Origin: Aplysia californica
Taxonomy: Eukaryota
Assembly (NCBI RefSeq): GCF_000002075.1
Contig: NW_004798383.1
Span: forward strand, 55,631 to 119,630
DNA: 64,000 bases
Direction: 5' to 3'
Shown: piece after piece, positions 29,133 through 40,581 of the stretch
Numbering within the stretch: position 1 is the first letter of the stretch
Layout of the letters: the number at the start of each line of letters is the position of its first letter
Notes under the pieces: generated by a model
Seen by the model: only the letters and a program-made list of their open reading frames with translations
The model's database searches: none
Told to the model about the DNA's origin: nothing
Made by a program: the position numbers and the translations under genes

Positions 29133-30244
29133 CATAAATATGAAATATTTCAACTATGATGTGACTGAGCCATTCAGCTTTGATTTAATGCTTTTAGAGT
29201 TGTTTCTGCTCAGTGTATCAGTCCATCTATATCAAATCACTTCAGTGAAACCCTGGCAGCTCCTTAGTTACACAATAGTGGCCAATACACAATGTGATTG
29301 AGCACAGTGCTTTGTATAGCACAAACAATTCCTAACTACCCCCTTGCTTTCTTAATATTCTTTTCAGAGGAACTGGCTAAGAGGAAGAAAGCGTACTCTG
29401 ATCTGGCTAAGGACGTGAACAACATCAAAGTTTCCATTGACCAAACTAGGCAAAAGCTGGAACAGCTTAGACAAATTAGGGAAGCTGAGGGTGAGACTTG
29501 CATTTTTTTACTTCCGTTATACAGTGGAGTCTGCTCAACTCTTTATCTCCGGGTTGAGACTTGCACTTTTTTGCACTTCTTTATTCAGTGGTGTCTGCTT
29601 AACTTTTTATCTCCGAGGAGGGTAAACCCACTATGCCAGGGCCTTCTTTTGGTACAAAATCTTAAAGTGACAAATATACCTGACTAAATTTTTCATTAAA
29701 TCAAAACAAGTGAACCTGTTTTGATAGTTCTTCATCTAATGAATAAGCTCCCGGTAAAAGAGACCTGTTTTCAGCAATTGCCGAAAAGTTGTAAAGGAAT
29801 CTTTTGATACAGAGAGGTCACTCAAATAGAAGAAAAAAATAGGGGATTTTGTTTTCTTTCGATTTACTGCTATTTTTGCATCAACTACGAAATCAGTTTC
29901 AGTGGACTCCATTGTAGTTCCTTGCTCTAAGACTCACAAATTCGACACTGTAATAGATAATTTAAGCCTGTATTTTTAATGTAACTCTGAAATTTAATTA
30001 GCGGTCTTGTAGGCCTACCTCTTTTGTCATGACTGGGTGAGAAAATATGTGAAAAAAGAAAGATAATGATCCGAGGTTGGACTCANNNNNNNNNNNNNNN
30101 NNNNNNNNNNNNNNNNNNNNNNNNNNNNNNNNNNNNNNNNNNNNNNNNNNNNNNNNNNNNNNNNNNNNNNNNNNNNNNNNNNNNNNNNNNNNNNNNNNNN
30201 NNNNNNNNNNNNNNNNNNNNNNNNNNNNNNNNNNNNNTCCATTC

Positions 30245-30301
<57 letters not shown>

Positions 30302-30732
30302 TTCACTCGCACTCACACGTGAATATCGGTATAAATGCACACATATCTTCTCATAATCACAGACAATTTCTTAATGTGCGGAACGGGGGAGGAGCGGTTA
30401 TTCAAATCAGATTAGATTCATTTTCAGTACAGATCAGAGAACTCATAAGTGTTCTCCCGTTCTTGATCTCTTACAGACTAGCGTCAAGACTCGTAATTGG
30501 ATGAAGAAAGAATACATGGGAATTTGCGTGTTTCTAAGTTGTTAGAATCGCCGGCCATGTCAAGAAGTGGGCAGACCCNNNNNNNNNNNNNNNNNNNNNN
30601 NNNNNNNNNNNNNNNNNNNNNNNNNNNNNNNNNNNNNNNNNNNNNNNNNNNNNNNNNNNNNNNNNNNNNNNNNNNNNNTCTCTCTCTCATATATACTTGT
30701 TTTCAAGCATGAATGGCAATGATATAAACAAA

Positions 30733-30767
<35 letters not shown>

Positions 30768-33700
30768 AGATGTAATTGCGAGTACTGCAAAACTCTTACA
30801 ACAGCTACTACCACTACCCACTTACATACACAACTAACTATAACCTTACTCACTCTTTGTCATCCTAGGCCCGATCCTGAACGAGGATGGTGACATCATC
30901 ATCAGTGAGGAGGAGTTCATGGAAATCCAGCGGCTGAAAGACCTCAAGATCAGCTACCGCAGCAAGTATGATCAGCTGCATAACGGCAAGTCGGAGGTTG
31001 TCTACTGTCAGAACATGGTGGACCAATGTCGGCTCAAGCTCATACAAGGTAGGCTACATGATTTAAGCCTCTCAAAACTTGTGTATTTTATTTGTTTAGC
31101 CCAAACAAGGTACATTCATCATCATCATGCAAGTTTAGCCCTAGCTCATACAAGGTACGTTCATCCCCTAAAAAACTTAGTGTTTAATTTGTTTTACACA
31201 AACAAGGTATGTTCATCTTTTGATTGTGAGTTTAGCTCATACAAGGTAGGCTACATAATTCATCCTCTCAAAACTTTTGTATTTTATTTGTTTAGCCCGA
31301 ACAAGGTACGTTCATCATGTGAAGCATTCTGGTGAAAAAAGGCACTGGGCAAAATAATTAAATCAAATAAACAGGCATTTTCCTGCCAGTGTTGCAATTT
31401 TTAGCAAATTTTTTTTATTTAGCTCTACACCGTTTATGTCCATATAAATACTTGAATTTTACTGAAAAATGTTGATTGAAGGCACAAAAAATATAAATTG
31501 TTAGTTTTCAAGGAGTCGAAAGCTATTGAAGTTTGCAAACTTTAGTGGCAATTTTCTTGCTAAATTTACCTTTGAAACCAAGCGAGACCCACCTCCTTCA
31601 ATGGCAAATATTTTGACTTCTTTTCAAGATAGATGGATATTTTAACAAATCAAAAGCAAGGCAAATGAATAAACTTTTAGATGATACCACTAACTCCACA
31701 TACCCAAAAATTGATAAGCGTCTGATTCCACTGCGTCATGACACATATCTGTTCAAAGTTCATAACACAGAGGTAATTGAAGTTTTCATGCTTGTAATTA
31801 GGGTGACATTTTTGTTTTCTTGCAGAGTTTGACAACTGGTACAGCGAAAGTTTTCTCTCGGCAACTGATGAGAGCCAGACAAGTCTCGGGGTCGGCATCG
31901 GCGGTAGACCGGGAGTCATTGTGCCCATCACAAGCCTGGCGGTCAGTCTGTCTTCATACGTCCACTGTCTATGTTTGTAGATGACTTGTTTTAGATTTAC
32001 ATCTCGAAAAACTAGTTGAAAATGTGCTGGTCAAAACTAAGTTGCTTGTTTGTGTGTGTAAAACTGATTAGTTAACGTTTGGGGTAAATCACTCAGCACA
32101 ATAACTGTCCAACCTGTTATTACACCCACAGAACCCCTCCCTCTCCCCTTTTTAAATAATTATAATAATAATGATAATAGATAACATTTGTATTGCGCAA
32201 ATTCCAACTCAACAACAAGCTCAGTCTGCCTTACAATCTATTTTATTACCCCAGCAGACCCAATAACATTCTGAAACAGTCACAACTTCCTGTGAAGCAT
32301 ACAGTGCAAGCTGCCATTTTACAGGCACTTAAAACACTATTAACATACTCAGACAAGATCTTTCGCCGTCTATGGTCCCATACCCATTCACATCTGGGTG
32401 AAGTGAGGAAAATTCATGTAAAGTGCCTTTCCCAAGGACACAACGTAGTGCCTGAGGCTCGAACCCCCGAATCCGCGACCTCATGATTACTTGTCTGGTA
32501 GCCCATAAACTCTATATCCATTAAAAGTAAAAGACTTAGATTTTACCACTTTTTCCTCAATCCCCTTCTTTACACTACAATATCAATTGTATCAGGTTTC
32601 CCAGAGTCTGCAGAATATTGAAGTTTGTTTGACAATGCCTGTATTCATTTCTTAAATGTAATTATCTAACTTTAATTGCAACTTACTCCAGTGATGTTTG
32701 CTGACTTATTCATTTAGAAGAAAAACTGTGGGTGGATACTGCAGTTTAATTTTGTGACAAGTTTTTCATTACTGGGAACACTGATGCCCTGATACAGCAC
32801 TGCAGCAAATAAAAACTACATCTTTCCGGACGTGAAATATAGAAGGATGTAAAAACTCCCATCTTCAAAGCCTCATAGTATTCATATAATAAGCAGTTCA
32901 TCAAGATACCAGCTGGTATTAGGGATGGATGTTCTTTTATTTTTAACTTTCCTAATGATTCTTGATGAAGAAGTAATGCTGTAGTCCGATGCTAATAGTC
33001 AATCATGAAAAAAACCCGTTTTATGTTTTAATTAAGAGTTTTACGGCACTTGCAACACAATCACAGTGGAGTCTGCTTAAACTGAACACGGTTTATCTGA
33101 AAAGAGCGATAAATTGAAAGAAAAGAACATCCTTGATCTTTTTTCTTCTATCTGAGCAACCTCTCTAAACCAAAGATCTGGCTAAACCGAAGAAAATTCA
33201 ATGGTCCCGCAGATTTCGCTTTAAGAGGGCTTTACTGTTGGTCATTTAAGTGCTGATGATTAGAGGTATTACAAGATAGTAACAAACACAAAAAGGAGGA
33301 GCGATAAGGAGGATAGGTGATTGATAGGCAAGAAGGAGCTGATCACATGCAAACACCTGCCAGCTACCCACATAACAGAATACTAGCATGGTTATTTGTG
33401 ACTGCTTGACTGAAACATTTTTTTTTCTGTGTGTCTGGACAGACGGAGGATGAGCAGGAGAAGTTTGAGCGTCTACAGCTGGAACTGATGATGAACAACC
33501 CTGACTCAGCGGCTTTCTACAATGCTCAGATGAGGACCTCGAGAAGGGTGAGTGTAGGAAGAACAGTTTCTGTGACTCTACACGAGCACATGGTGTTTTT
33601 TTACAGCCCCCCGGCGACACTATTTAGATCAATTAAGAGGCAGGCTTCAGTCTTGACTGTCAAGGTCAACCTGGGTTGAGAGGGATGTAACATTCCAGCA

Positions 33701-36700
33701 TGTAAGCACCAAGATACTGTTAAAAAGTCTTCCCACATTGGAATCCAACTCAGGCCTTCTGTGTGTGACGGCAAAGCACCTAACCACTACACCACAGACG
33801 TCCAGATGTGTGTGACTGGTACTAGGGATGCATGAGGCATCTAAAAATTTTCAGTTTATAAGATAATATACTGATTTTGAATTATACTTTTTAAATGTTG
33901 GAAATGACTATACGATTACTTGACGAATAGCCAAAAGAAAAAAAGATCATTTGTATGCACCCAGGCATAAAACACATTTTGGAATCAATTACTCTAAACG
34001 GCTCTTACCAAATTTTTGCTATATAAATTACACATCTTTAAGCATGGTAACACATTTTGGACTCTAGTACGCTAAATGGCTCTTACTGAATTTTTGCTAT
34101 ATAAATTACACGTCTTTAAGCACGGTAATTTCGGCTTCGGGGACGCTTCATTTACAAGACAGTCAATACTTTCATGATGACCCATCGAAGTTCGAACACA
34201 GTCTACACTGCAGCAGTGAATGTGTTAAGAAAAACACAAAGAACTCAAGTGATGGAGACACTCACACACACTCGCGCGAAGAGGAAGGCAGAGAGATGGA
34301 CATAGCTGGGCACGTGGACATGGGATCTAGCCTAGGGCAAAGCTACACACAGACGGAAAAAAAACAAAGAGAGTTGGGGAGACTAGAAAGGGAGGCTGGC
34401 TGCGATGTCACCTTTGCCTCTCGCTATCTGATAATCCTGAATGTATCACGCGCGAGGTGGGATGAAGGTGGTGGTATGAATGTAGCACAGCGGGCAGTGG
34501 TACGCACATGCAGTGTGTAGGCCTAGTGTGCTGTATCGTGACTGGCTGTCCAAATTTAGTTTTCCTTTCCCATTCGACTACAAAACAAAACGAACAAAAA
34601 CTACCATGGCGGGTAAAAATGACTACGCACACTTTTGTGCGATCACTGCTTACAAAGAGAATAACTAAGGAAATTTTCTAAATAAAAATCTCTGGATTAT
34701 GACAATGTCTACTTCGTACTCAAGCACGCTTCGGCATTAAGCATGCTTATGCTTTCTCCCGATGACCGTGCTTAAAGCCGGCATGGACTGTACAATTTCA
34801 ATTTTTTAGTTTTTGAGCGATAGTAGGCCTAGATCCTAAGAATTTGTCAACTTTGGCGATGAAGTTTTCTTCTGGGATAACTTTCTTGAAAGCTGGCCTT
34901 GTAATACATGATGTAGTAGTACACCTTCACTTGAGCAGCAAACCGGGCACCGCTTGCCTGCAATCCTTTACCATGTATAGCGTAACCTATGACTGAATGA
35001 GCTGAGCAAGAAACTAATTCTAATGTACTTTACATCTTCTTCTTGATAGAATCACACTTGAAGACCAGTATCTATCTTATACTGGGCCATCCTGCTCATC
35101 TCTGTTGGCCTATATAACTCCTCCTGAAGTGTTAATGGGGTTGGCCACGTTTCATATCCATGGGTCTCAACTCAGAATTCCAAAAAAGGAGGAACTTTCC
35201 AGGAGATCGCCACAGAAGCCCATTTTCGCGAAACACCCATTATTATTATACTGTTGAACCCTAGAATGCTGAAATAAAAACCATCAATTTATCACAGCAA
35301 GGTTATTTCACACTAATTTGAGAGTTTGGAAGATAATTTCAAGTAAGAGTCACGTACCAAATATTTACAATCTTGATTACGTACAGAAAGTGGTGGCGCC
35401 TGGGGTCTTGTGTGACTTATTAATATTTTCCCTTCATCATATTCGCCTGTATACATAAACTATACAGAAATGAATCTTGTTTTGAGCCTGGAACCAGAAT
35501 ATCGACTGTCATGATTCATGTCATATATATAGGCCTATATAATAAACGTGAAAGACAAAAATAATGCTCAAACTCAAAGTACAGTAGAATAGCTCAAGTA
35601 GACCTATTCAGTGTGAGAGGTGTAAGAACTGTGGGAGGGCAAGATGCAGTGATACTGAGAATCTGCGAATCTTGAACAGAAAGCTAAAATATAGAGATCT
35701 AATTTACTGTCACCAATCCAATGAAACGCGAACACTCAGGCCCCTAAGTTCCATAACTCGTTTACAAGTTATGACCGTTCCCGATTTCATACAAGGCCTG
35801 CACCAACGCAGAGAGCTGAAGTAGTAATCAAAATTCTATACATTAAACATTTATTTTCAGTTTCAGCTTGTCTGTTTTTGTCCACAGGTGTTGCGTCCAG
35901 CCCTCCCCCTATCCCCGAGTGCGTCTTTTAAAAAAATCAATAATCTCCCCCCATTCCTGAGTCCTGTACTTCGCAGCACTCAGAATGCGCGCAGGCTCAT
36001 TGACCGGTCACAATGGCGAGCCCGACAAGACGCTTGTATAACTTTCTTTTCTTTTTTTTGTTTGTTGCCCGCACAAGTGACAGCACAGTGACGAATATTT
36101 ATTTATTTTCATGGCGACACCCCGTTTGTAATGCCGAACCTGCATGTTACAATAAACGTTGTGTTATCAGACAATTACTGACAAATTTCTGGATGGTAAC
36201 AAAAGCGAAAGTAGATCTTGATTTTCTAGTCGAGCATTGGTGACACAATTCCGCTTGCCGCCAAAGCCACTAGTTCGCGTGAAACGTACTCTCAGAGCCG
36301 AATTAATGTCACAATCGCGACCGGCAGAAATGAACTTATAGACGTTATTGGATATGGTTTTCAAATATTTGAGATCTTTTATGTATTTTCCGGGTCTCCG
36401 CCATTTTTTTTAAATTCCCGGGGCCTGGCAGTCACCCTGCTCCCAACAACTCTCTTTCTGATTGGCGCGCTATCGCGGTAGCGGAGTTTAGCGGAGGAAC
36501 TGGCGGTAGCGGAAATCCGCTAAATAGTGGACTATTGAGACCCATGGTATCTTAGGGCTGTGTGTCTGCACTGCTGGAGGATGTGTTCCAGAGTTTTACA
36601 GCCTTTGCAACGCAATAAGGTTATATAAATGCCGAAGATTAGAGGTGATGATACAAAGGAATGAAAAATACAAAAAAGAAGGAGAGATAAAGACAATAGA

Positions 36701-37041
36701 TGTTTGATAGGATAGAAAGAGCAAACCACACCAGAATACCTGCCAACAACCCATGTTGGTGACTCTATACGTATATATAAGACATCCATACAACACACAA
36801 TGTTTGAGTCCAGTTAGCTGTTCTTGGTCTGAAGATAATCTCTTTTTAATGTACATAATAAGGCTTGTTTTCACTTTTTAAAATATGATGCAATTAATTA
36901 CCAACCCCCCCCCCCCCCCCTCAACAGAAAATCTATGGATCTGCAATGAGCCAAGCACAGCCAGCCTACAGACACCAGCCTGGAACCCCCACCAAGAATG
37001 TCCTGAACAGACCACCAAACATGCTGCAAGTCCAGTACTGA
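1408..37041 (+). CDS. KIF9: Kinesin-like protein KIF9 (kinesin-9), whole gene: 20 core coding exons, 2487 nt, 828 aa
   Basis: join(1408..1503,7185..7350,7974..8127,9675..9879,10455..10538,10950..11042,11866..12078,13142..13219,13624..13692,14078..14182,14499..14554,15057..15147,21728..21894,22574..22759,27995..28080,29368..29490,30869..31048,31826..31941,33443..33547,36928..37041). All introns are GT-AG with compatible phases. Motor motifs: GQTGAGKT, NKQSSRSH, DLAGSER, HVPFRQSKLT. KIF9-specific segments (GVVNNQILDWSFKLDG, TPPSRTSAFEDFK, FDNWYSESF, PDSAAFYNA) recognised from memory of human KIF9. Confidence 0.95.
1917..2349. mobile_element. MITE with 15-bp TIR
   Basis: GGCTATTCTCACCCG (1917-31) and CGGGTGAGAATAGCC (2335-49); an extra palindromic copy of the motif at about 2365-2391. 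Confidence 0.6.
2722..2783. repeat. (TAT)n microsatellite
   Basis: Seen directly. Confidence 0.9.
5805..6660 (-). mobile_element. Decayed pogo/Tigger-like (DDE_1) transposase with C-terminal PHD finger, in KIF9 intron 1
   Basis: Fragments VIFYCLKTHTSHLTQPL (DDE_1 LPPHTSHxxQPLD motif), a Lys/Glu-rich linker, and TQCMLCDKW*HANC...FCC. Confidence 0.7.
7185..7350 (+). CDS. KIF9: KIF9 exon 2 (GVNVHMRRDPKKGVVNNQ...SLDGYNG)
   Basis: Acceptor ccag|, donor G|GTAAGT; lies within ORF 6936..7388. Confidence 0.93.
7974..8127 (+). CDS. KIF9: KIF9 exon 3, P-loop (YGQTGAGKTFT)
   Basis: Acceptor ttccag|, donor AG|GTAATA; Walker A motif. Confidence 0.95.
8548..9219. mobile_element. Non-autonomous piggyBac-like element (672 bp)
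   Basis: Perfect 15-bp TIR CTCTTTCCGGACGTA, flanked by TTAA at 8544-47 and 9220-23. Confidence 0.8.
9675..9879 (+). CDS. KIF9: KIF9 exon 4 (VSYMEIYNE...LNLLFE)
   Basis: Acceptor ttcag|, donor GAG|GTAGGC. Confidence 0.95.
10455..10538 (+). CDS. KIF9: KIF9 exon 5, switch I (NKQSSRSH)
   Basis: Acceptor tgcag|, donor GAG|GTGAGT. Confidence 0.95.
10950..11042 (+). CDS. KIF9: KIF9 exon 6, switch II (FVDLAGSERL)
   Basis: Acceptor ttcag|, donor AAG|GTGAGG. Confidence 0.95.
11866..12078 (+). CDS. KIF9: KIF9 exon 7 (YINKSLSFL...HVPFRQSKLTHYLKDSIGGN...EET)
   Basis: Acceptor ccaag|, donor ACG|GTGAGT. Confidence 0.95.
13142..13219 (+). CDS. KIF9: KIF9 exon 8 (VSTLRFATRMMCVASEPAVNEVYDPA)
   Basis: Acceptor gtcag|, donor GCG|GTGAGC; end of motor domain. 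Confidence 0.93.
13624..13692 (+). CDS. KIF9: KIF9 exon 9, neck coil (LLVKKLQREIQHLKSELAMHDTL)
   Basis: Acceptor tccag|, donor TTG|GTAAGA. Confidence 0.92.
14078..14182 (+). CDS. KIF9: KIF9 exon 10 (TNRSMVWYDPL...YLDGSLDEID)
   Basis: Acceptor cacag|, donor GAT|GTGAGT. Confidence 0.92.
14499..14554 (+). CDS. KIF9: KIF9 exon 11 (IVNIRQIVGTFESFRELY)
   Basis: Acceptor tttcag|, donor CT|GTGAGT. Confidence 0.9.
15057..15147 (+). CDS. KIF9: KIF9 exon 12 (DMEKDMEARLKEKYMLIDKNDPASIAAAQQ)
   Basis: Acceptor gacag|, donor CAG|GTTAGT. Confidence 0.92.
19070..19303 (+). repeat. Minisatellite, 5 copies of about 45-49 bp
   Basis: Unit TGACTCTGTCGCTTTCACTATGAGTAGTTTAACTTGTATGTGGTT. Confidence 0.9.
21383..21621. 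mobile_element. piggyBac-like MITE (239 bp)
   Basis: TTAA-CCCTATCTGTA...TACGGATAGGG-TTAA. Confidence 0.7.
21728..21894 (+). CDS. KIF9: KIF9 exon 13 (AGVPIADDGSLVGDLEGGNFGLGTAP...)
   Basis: Acceptor tcaag|, donor AC|GTAAGT; matches the KIF9 LVGxxEGxNFGLG segment. Confidence 0.9.
22574..22759 (+). CDS. KIF9: KIF9 exon 14 (Ser/Pro-rich linker SPVAGKTASSP...KVQRP)
   Basis: Acceptor ctcag|, donor AG|GTTTGT; phases fit the neighbouring exons. Confidence 0.85.
27995..28080 (+). CDS. KIF9: KIF9 exon 15 (TPPSRTSAFEDFKAEKGSEINRVLIGNK)
   Basis: Acceptor tctag|, donor G|GTGAGT. Confidence 0.92.
29087..29128. repeat. (TA)n microsatellite
   Basis: Seen directly. Confidence 0.9.
29368..29490 (+). CDS. 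KIF9: KIF9 exon 16 (coiled coil ELAKRKKAYS...IREAE)
   Basis: Acceptor ttcag|, donor G|GTGAGA. Confidence 0.9.
30869..31048 (+). CDS. KIF9: KIF9 exon 17 (IISEEEFMEIQRLKDLK...VDQCRLKLIQ)
   Basis: Acceptor cctag|, donor AAG|GTAGGC. Confidence 0.92.
31038..31318 (+). repeat. Degenerate tandem repeat of the exon-17 donor region
   Basis: Six ACAAG|GTA motifs with shared flanks. Confidence 0.8.
31323..31733. mobile_element. About 410-bp dispersed repeat (MITE-like); further copies at about 4768-5180 and partial 895-1042
   Basis: Shared GGTGAAA start and AATTGAC(G/A)AGCGCCTGATTCCAC(TGC) end, with collinear internal similarity. Confidence 0.65.
31826..31941 (+). CDS. KIF9: KIF9 exon 18 (FDNWYSESF...GRPGVIVPITSLA)
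   Basis: Acceptor tgcag|, donor GCG|GTCAGT. Confidence 0.92.
32155..32510 (-). mobile_element. tRNA-derived SINE with (ATT)n tail
   Basis: Minus-strand B-box GGGTTCGAG near 32465, followed by the GTGTCCTTGGGAAAGGCACTT core; simple-repeat tail at about 32155-32185. Confidence 0.65.
33443..33547 (+). CDS. KIF9: KIF9 exon 19 (TEDEQEKFERLQ...PDSAAFYNAQMRTSRR)
   Basis: Acceptor gacag|, donor AGG|GTGAGT. Confidence 0.92.
33640..33800 (-). mobile_element. Degenerate tRNA-derived SINE; related copy at about 47290-47450
   Basis: Minus-strand GTGGTGTAGTGGTTAGG A-box-like head; shared TGAGAGGGAT..ACAT..CCAAGATACT block in both copies. Confidence 0.5.
36928..37041 (+). CDS. KIF9: KIF9 terminal coding exon (KIYGSAMSQAQP...MLQVQY*)
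   Basis: Poly-C tract plus aacag| acceptor, phase 0, TGA at 37039-37041, followed by AT-rich 3'UTR-like sequence with AATAAA motifs. Confidence 0.8.
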   Translation, partial: KIYGSAMSQAQPAYRHQPGTPTKNVLNRPPNMLQVQY

Positions 37042-40000
37042 ATGACTGAATGGCTTCTCTCAGTCATGTACTGGTGGATCCCCAGCCTTTGTTTACAAGA
37101 GTTTAATGAAATAAATCATAGTTATGTAATGGGATCTGAAAAGTCAAATTTAGATGCTTCATCTGAATCACTCAGTCTCCAAATGTTAATGGAGCTCAAG
37201 AGTTGGATTCTACCAAGTTCTGTTGAAGAAGAAAGTACACCAAAAAAAAAATGTCCAGTATAAACTAAGGAGTTTTGTTGACAATCTTCACGTACAAAGT
37301 CCACTTCCAGAATAAAAGAAAAAAAATATAACTTATCAAATTTTCTGATAACAGACAAAGTTGTAGGATGTTCAGAGATATTTTATAGTTTGTACCCATC
37401 GTTTTAATCTTATTTGTTTTCTATCATTTGTCATAAGTGCCTGTTAAGGTTTTGCCATCTTTGGACACAAGACCTTTAAAAAATAAAGAAACCATCTCAG
37501 CACGAAGATTTCATCAGCATGTGTATCAGATGCTTAATGTTTTGCTAATTTGTCAATTTGTGAAGCAAGACTTTATTATAAGTGAAACGCGTTTTTAACT
37601 TAAAAAAAAAAAATCTTCATGCTATGTTTGCAGTAGTTATCGTGTGAGTGTGCATGTGAGAAAGGGAGGATTGTACTCCTTGCCTAAGTATTAAATCAGA
37701 GGCTGAATGTCTTTGTTTAGGCAATAATGATTCACTTATTTATTCCAATGTCTTAATGTTTCTTTCCCTAAGCAAATCACAGTTATTTTAGGAGAAAGCT
37801 TGAAAGATGAGCACAGATATACTGGCACCAAAACATTTTTATATATCTATGTCAGCAGACTGTTCTGATGTATATACATTTATTTCATGCCTCATTACGT
37901 TCACCTAGCAACGATTAAGCTGAGTCCATCCAAAGCATTGTTGATTGTTTTGTTTGGTGACGAGTTTGTTAATCAAGCTTTGACGTGTTTCCTTTTTGTC
38001 CGAGTCTTCGTTGAACATTGTGTATGAAGCATCTGTGACCGATGAGGGTACACATGTTAGGATTGCTGTGATGTCAACACAGAATAGCCTTTTATGTAAA
38101 CTTATGTTTGTGCAACACCATGACTTTCATCAAGCAATAACATGGCATGACATGCTTTAGCTCTTATATGGTCAAATTGAACTGAAGTGACATAAAAATT
38201 ACACATGTAAAATCGCACCCCATCAAGCTGCTTGAGCCTAGACTTTATTTCTAGATTTAGGACAAAGTGGAATTGATAAAGGATATCACAATTTCAGACA
38301 AACAACCTGCACAGCGTTTGTGTGCCTGTTTTATTTGTGCTGGTTTAGTATTTACATAAATTTTGCTAGACTCATCCTAATTCCTTGGTGAGCTTTGTAC
38401 AAAGAAATTTTTATGGAAGTTGACGCCTCTATCTTATATGGTATGTATTTGTTGCTGACTTACTGAATTCTGTTCTAAATGAGGGGACATGTCCTGTATT
38501 ATTATAATGAATAGAAGAGAAAAACTAAGGAAATGACAATAGCATATGGTTGGGGACTTTCCTATGAATTCTGCGAACAAAGCTTTTTTATTCAGGGATC
38601 ATTTATGTACGCTTTGAGATGGCATATTTAATTACATGTAAATTAAATCTGTTCCTCATGAAGATGGGGTTCATAGTTAATTAAGTTACATCTGCTCTAA
38701 TACATTTTTGTATCCACTCGGTAAAGGCTTTCTGCTCTCATTCTCCCCCCTACCAATCATCATTTTTTTCTCTTTACCCCCTGTTTGTGAAAGGAAAACT
38801 GAAAATAATAGAAATGTAAATTATGATGTGCTTTGTTCGAGTCTTGTTTTTTTCTGCTTACAACTTCTTGAGCACACTTTTCGTATTAATTGCAACTCTT
38901 GACAATTTGAGGGCAAAAAATGATCAAATACCCTCCGAGTATCAGAAAAGGTAGAGGGGAACTCCAAGACTGATATATGCACCATCAAAAGTCAGAAACA
39001 GATAGCCTAAAAGGAAATTGTTGGCGAATGTCAAAGAGACGACGGCGCAGCCATGTGGCTTTCAATGCAACCACCCCCCGACCGTAAATTCATGAACGAC
39101 ATCATAGATCTCTACATTTAGAGAAACATTTCTCTTTTGATTCGATGAACTAGTACGTTATAAGTTCTTCGAGCTCAGCTGATTAAGTTTACTTGACTAG
39201 GCCTATCTAATGTTTACAGCATTCACTCGTGTTGCGCATCATAGGCCTAGGTCTAACTAAACAATACTAAACATTACATGCAGTCACCCAAACACCAGTC
39301 AGAAACCTCACACAGATGCATTTCCAGTGACCAATCAAAAAACATTTCCCAACCCCTCAACATTTCATTGACCAGTCCTAGACCTATGTGTCAGTGGAAA
39401 GTTGGGTGTGAAAACGCTGCCCATCACTCTCTTTGTTCGGCGAGAGGGGCAGTCTCGCCAAATATCCTGTTTTCTAGGCTTGTCTTATGCATTAAGCTGT
39501 GCAGGTTGCAGTGGAAATTTCCCCTTGTCAAGCTTTACCAGTCGGCTTGTTTTGCAGATCAGAGCATGCATTTAGAGGGAGTGACCGTGCGTTTGTACGT
39601 CTAAATTATATAGTAAAAAACTCGTCAGATGACGAAACCGTGCGTTTGAGCGGAGCGTGTTTTTGTATGGCGTGCGTTTCGGCAGAGACTACTGTATAGT
39701 ATTTTTAAGAGCTCAAGCTAACCTGCTGAGTCTCAAAAACAGAGTAAATGAGGTCTGTCCCAAACTCGAAGAGCTAAGACAAAAAAAAAAAAAGGTTACT
39801 TTGCACTTGCAATGTGTAAGTCCAAACCACATGGAAATGTTCAATTTAGATTGCAGTTCAGGAATAGAAAAAAACTAAGTTGTCATCGTTGTAACCTTTT
39901 TCTGACACTGTTACAATCAGTCGTGCAGACTATGACCATGACATTCAACGTTCATGAGTGAACTGACTATGTTCATCAAATTGGAAAGCTTTGACTTGCT

Positions 40001-40512
40001 TGTTGTTAGATCTACATTGTTTGACATTAGAATCACAATTAGAGTTTATTTGTGGTTCTAAGTCAGCCTCACAGCCCATGGTCAATATGACAAGGACTTT
40101 TTACTTTGAACAGTATGCACCCTATAAATTCTCAGAAAAACACAAAGAAGCATATAAATGAGTAACAAGAACAAAGCACACCCCCCCCCAAAAAACCCAA
40201 ACAAACCCCCCCCCCCCCCCCACCAAACCCCCCCCCCCAAAAAAAAACCCTGTCAACTTTCAACCTCCATGAAAGTAGAAGACTCAACACTGTACTGTAA
40301 AAATATAGAGAATAAGTATAATTTTGGTTATTGGTAATTGTACAGGTCAACAAAGTTCAATAGAGACCTTTCAACCTCATAATTCAAGGTGTACACATCA
40401 ACAATATATGTATGCTAAAAAAATGACTCCACACAGGTCATAAGATGGGTCACTTGGGTATCTATTTAATCACAGGTTGAAAAACATAATGTACAGCTAC
40501 TGATGGTGAAGG

Positions 40513-40581
40513 TCATGAGGCAGATTCTTCAATTGTCAGCTTTGATATTACTTTAGCAGCAATAGATTTGTAAACTTTGCT
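40513..40581 (-). CDS. NUBPL: NUBPL terminal exon ([22 protein letters not shown])
   Basis: Acceptor ttttcag|, stop TGA at 40515-40513. Confidence 0.88.
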   Translation of the reverse strand, partial: SKVYKSIAAKVISKLTIEESAS

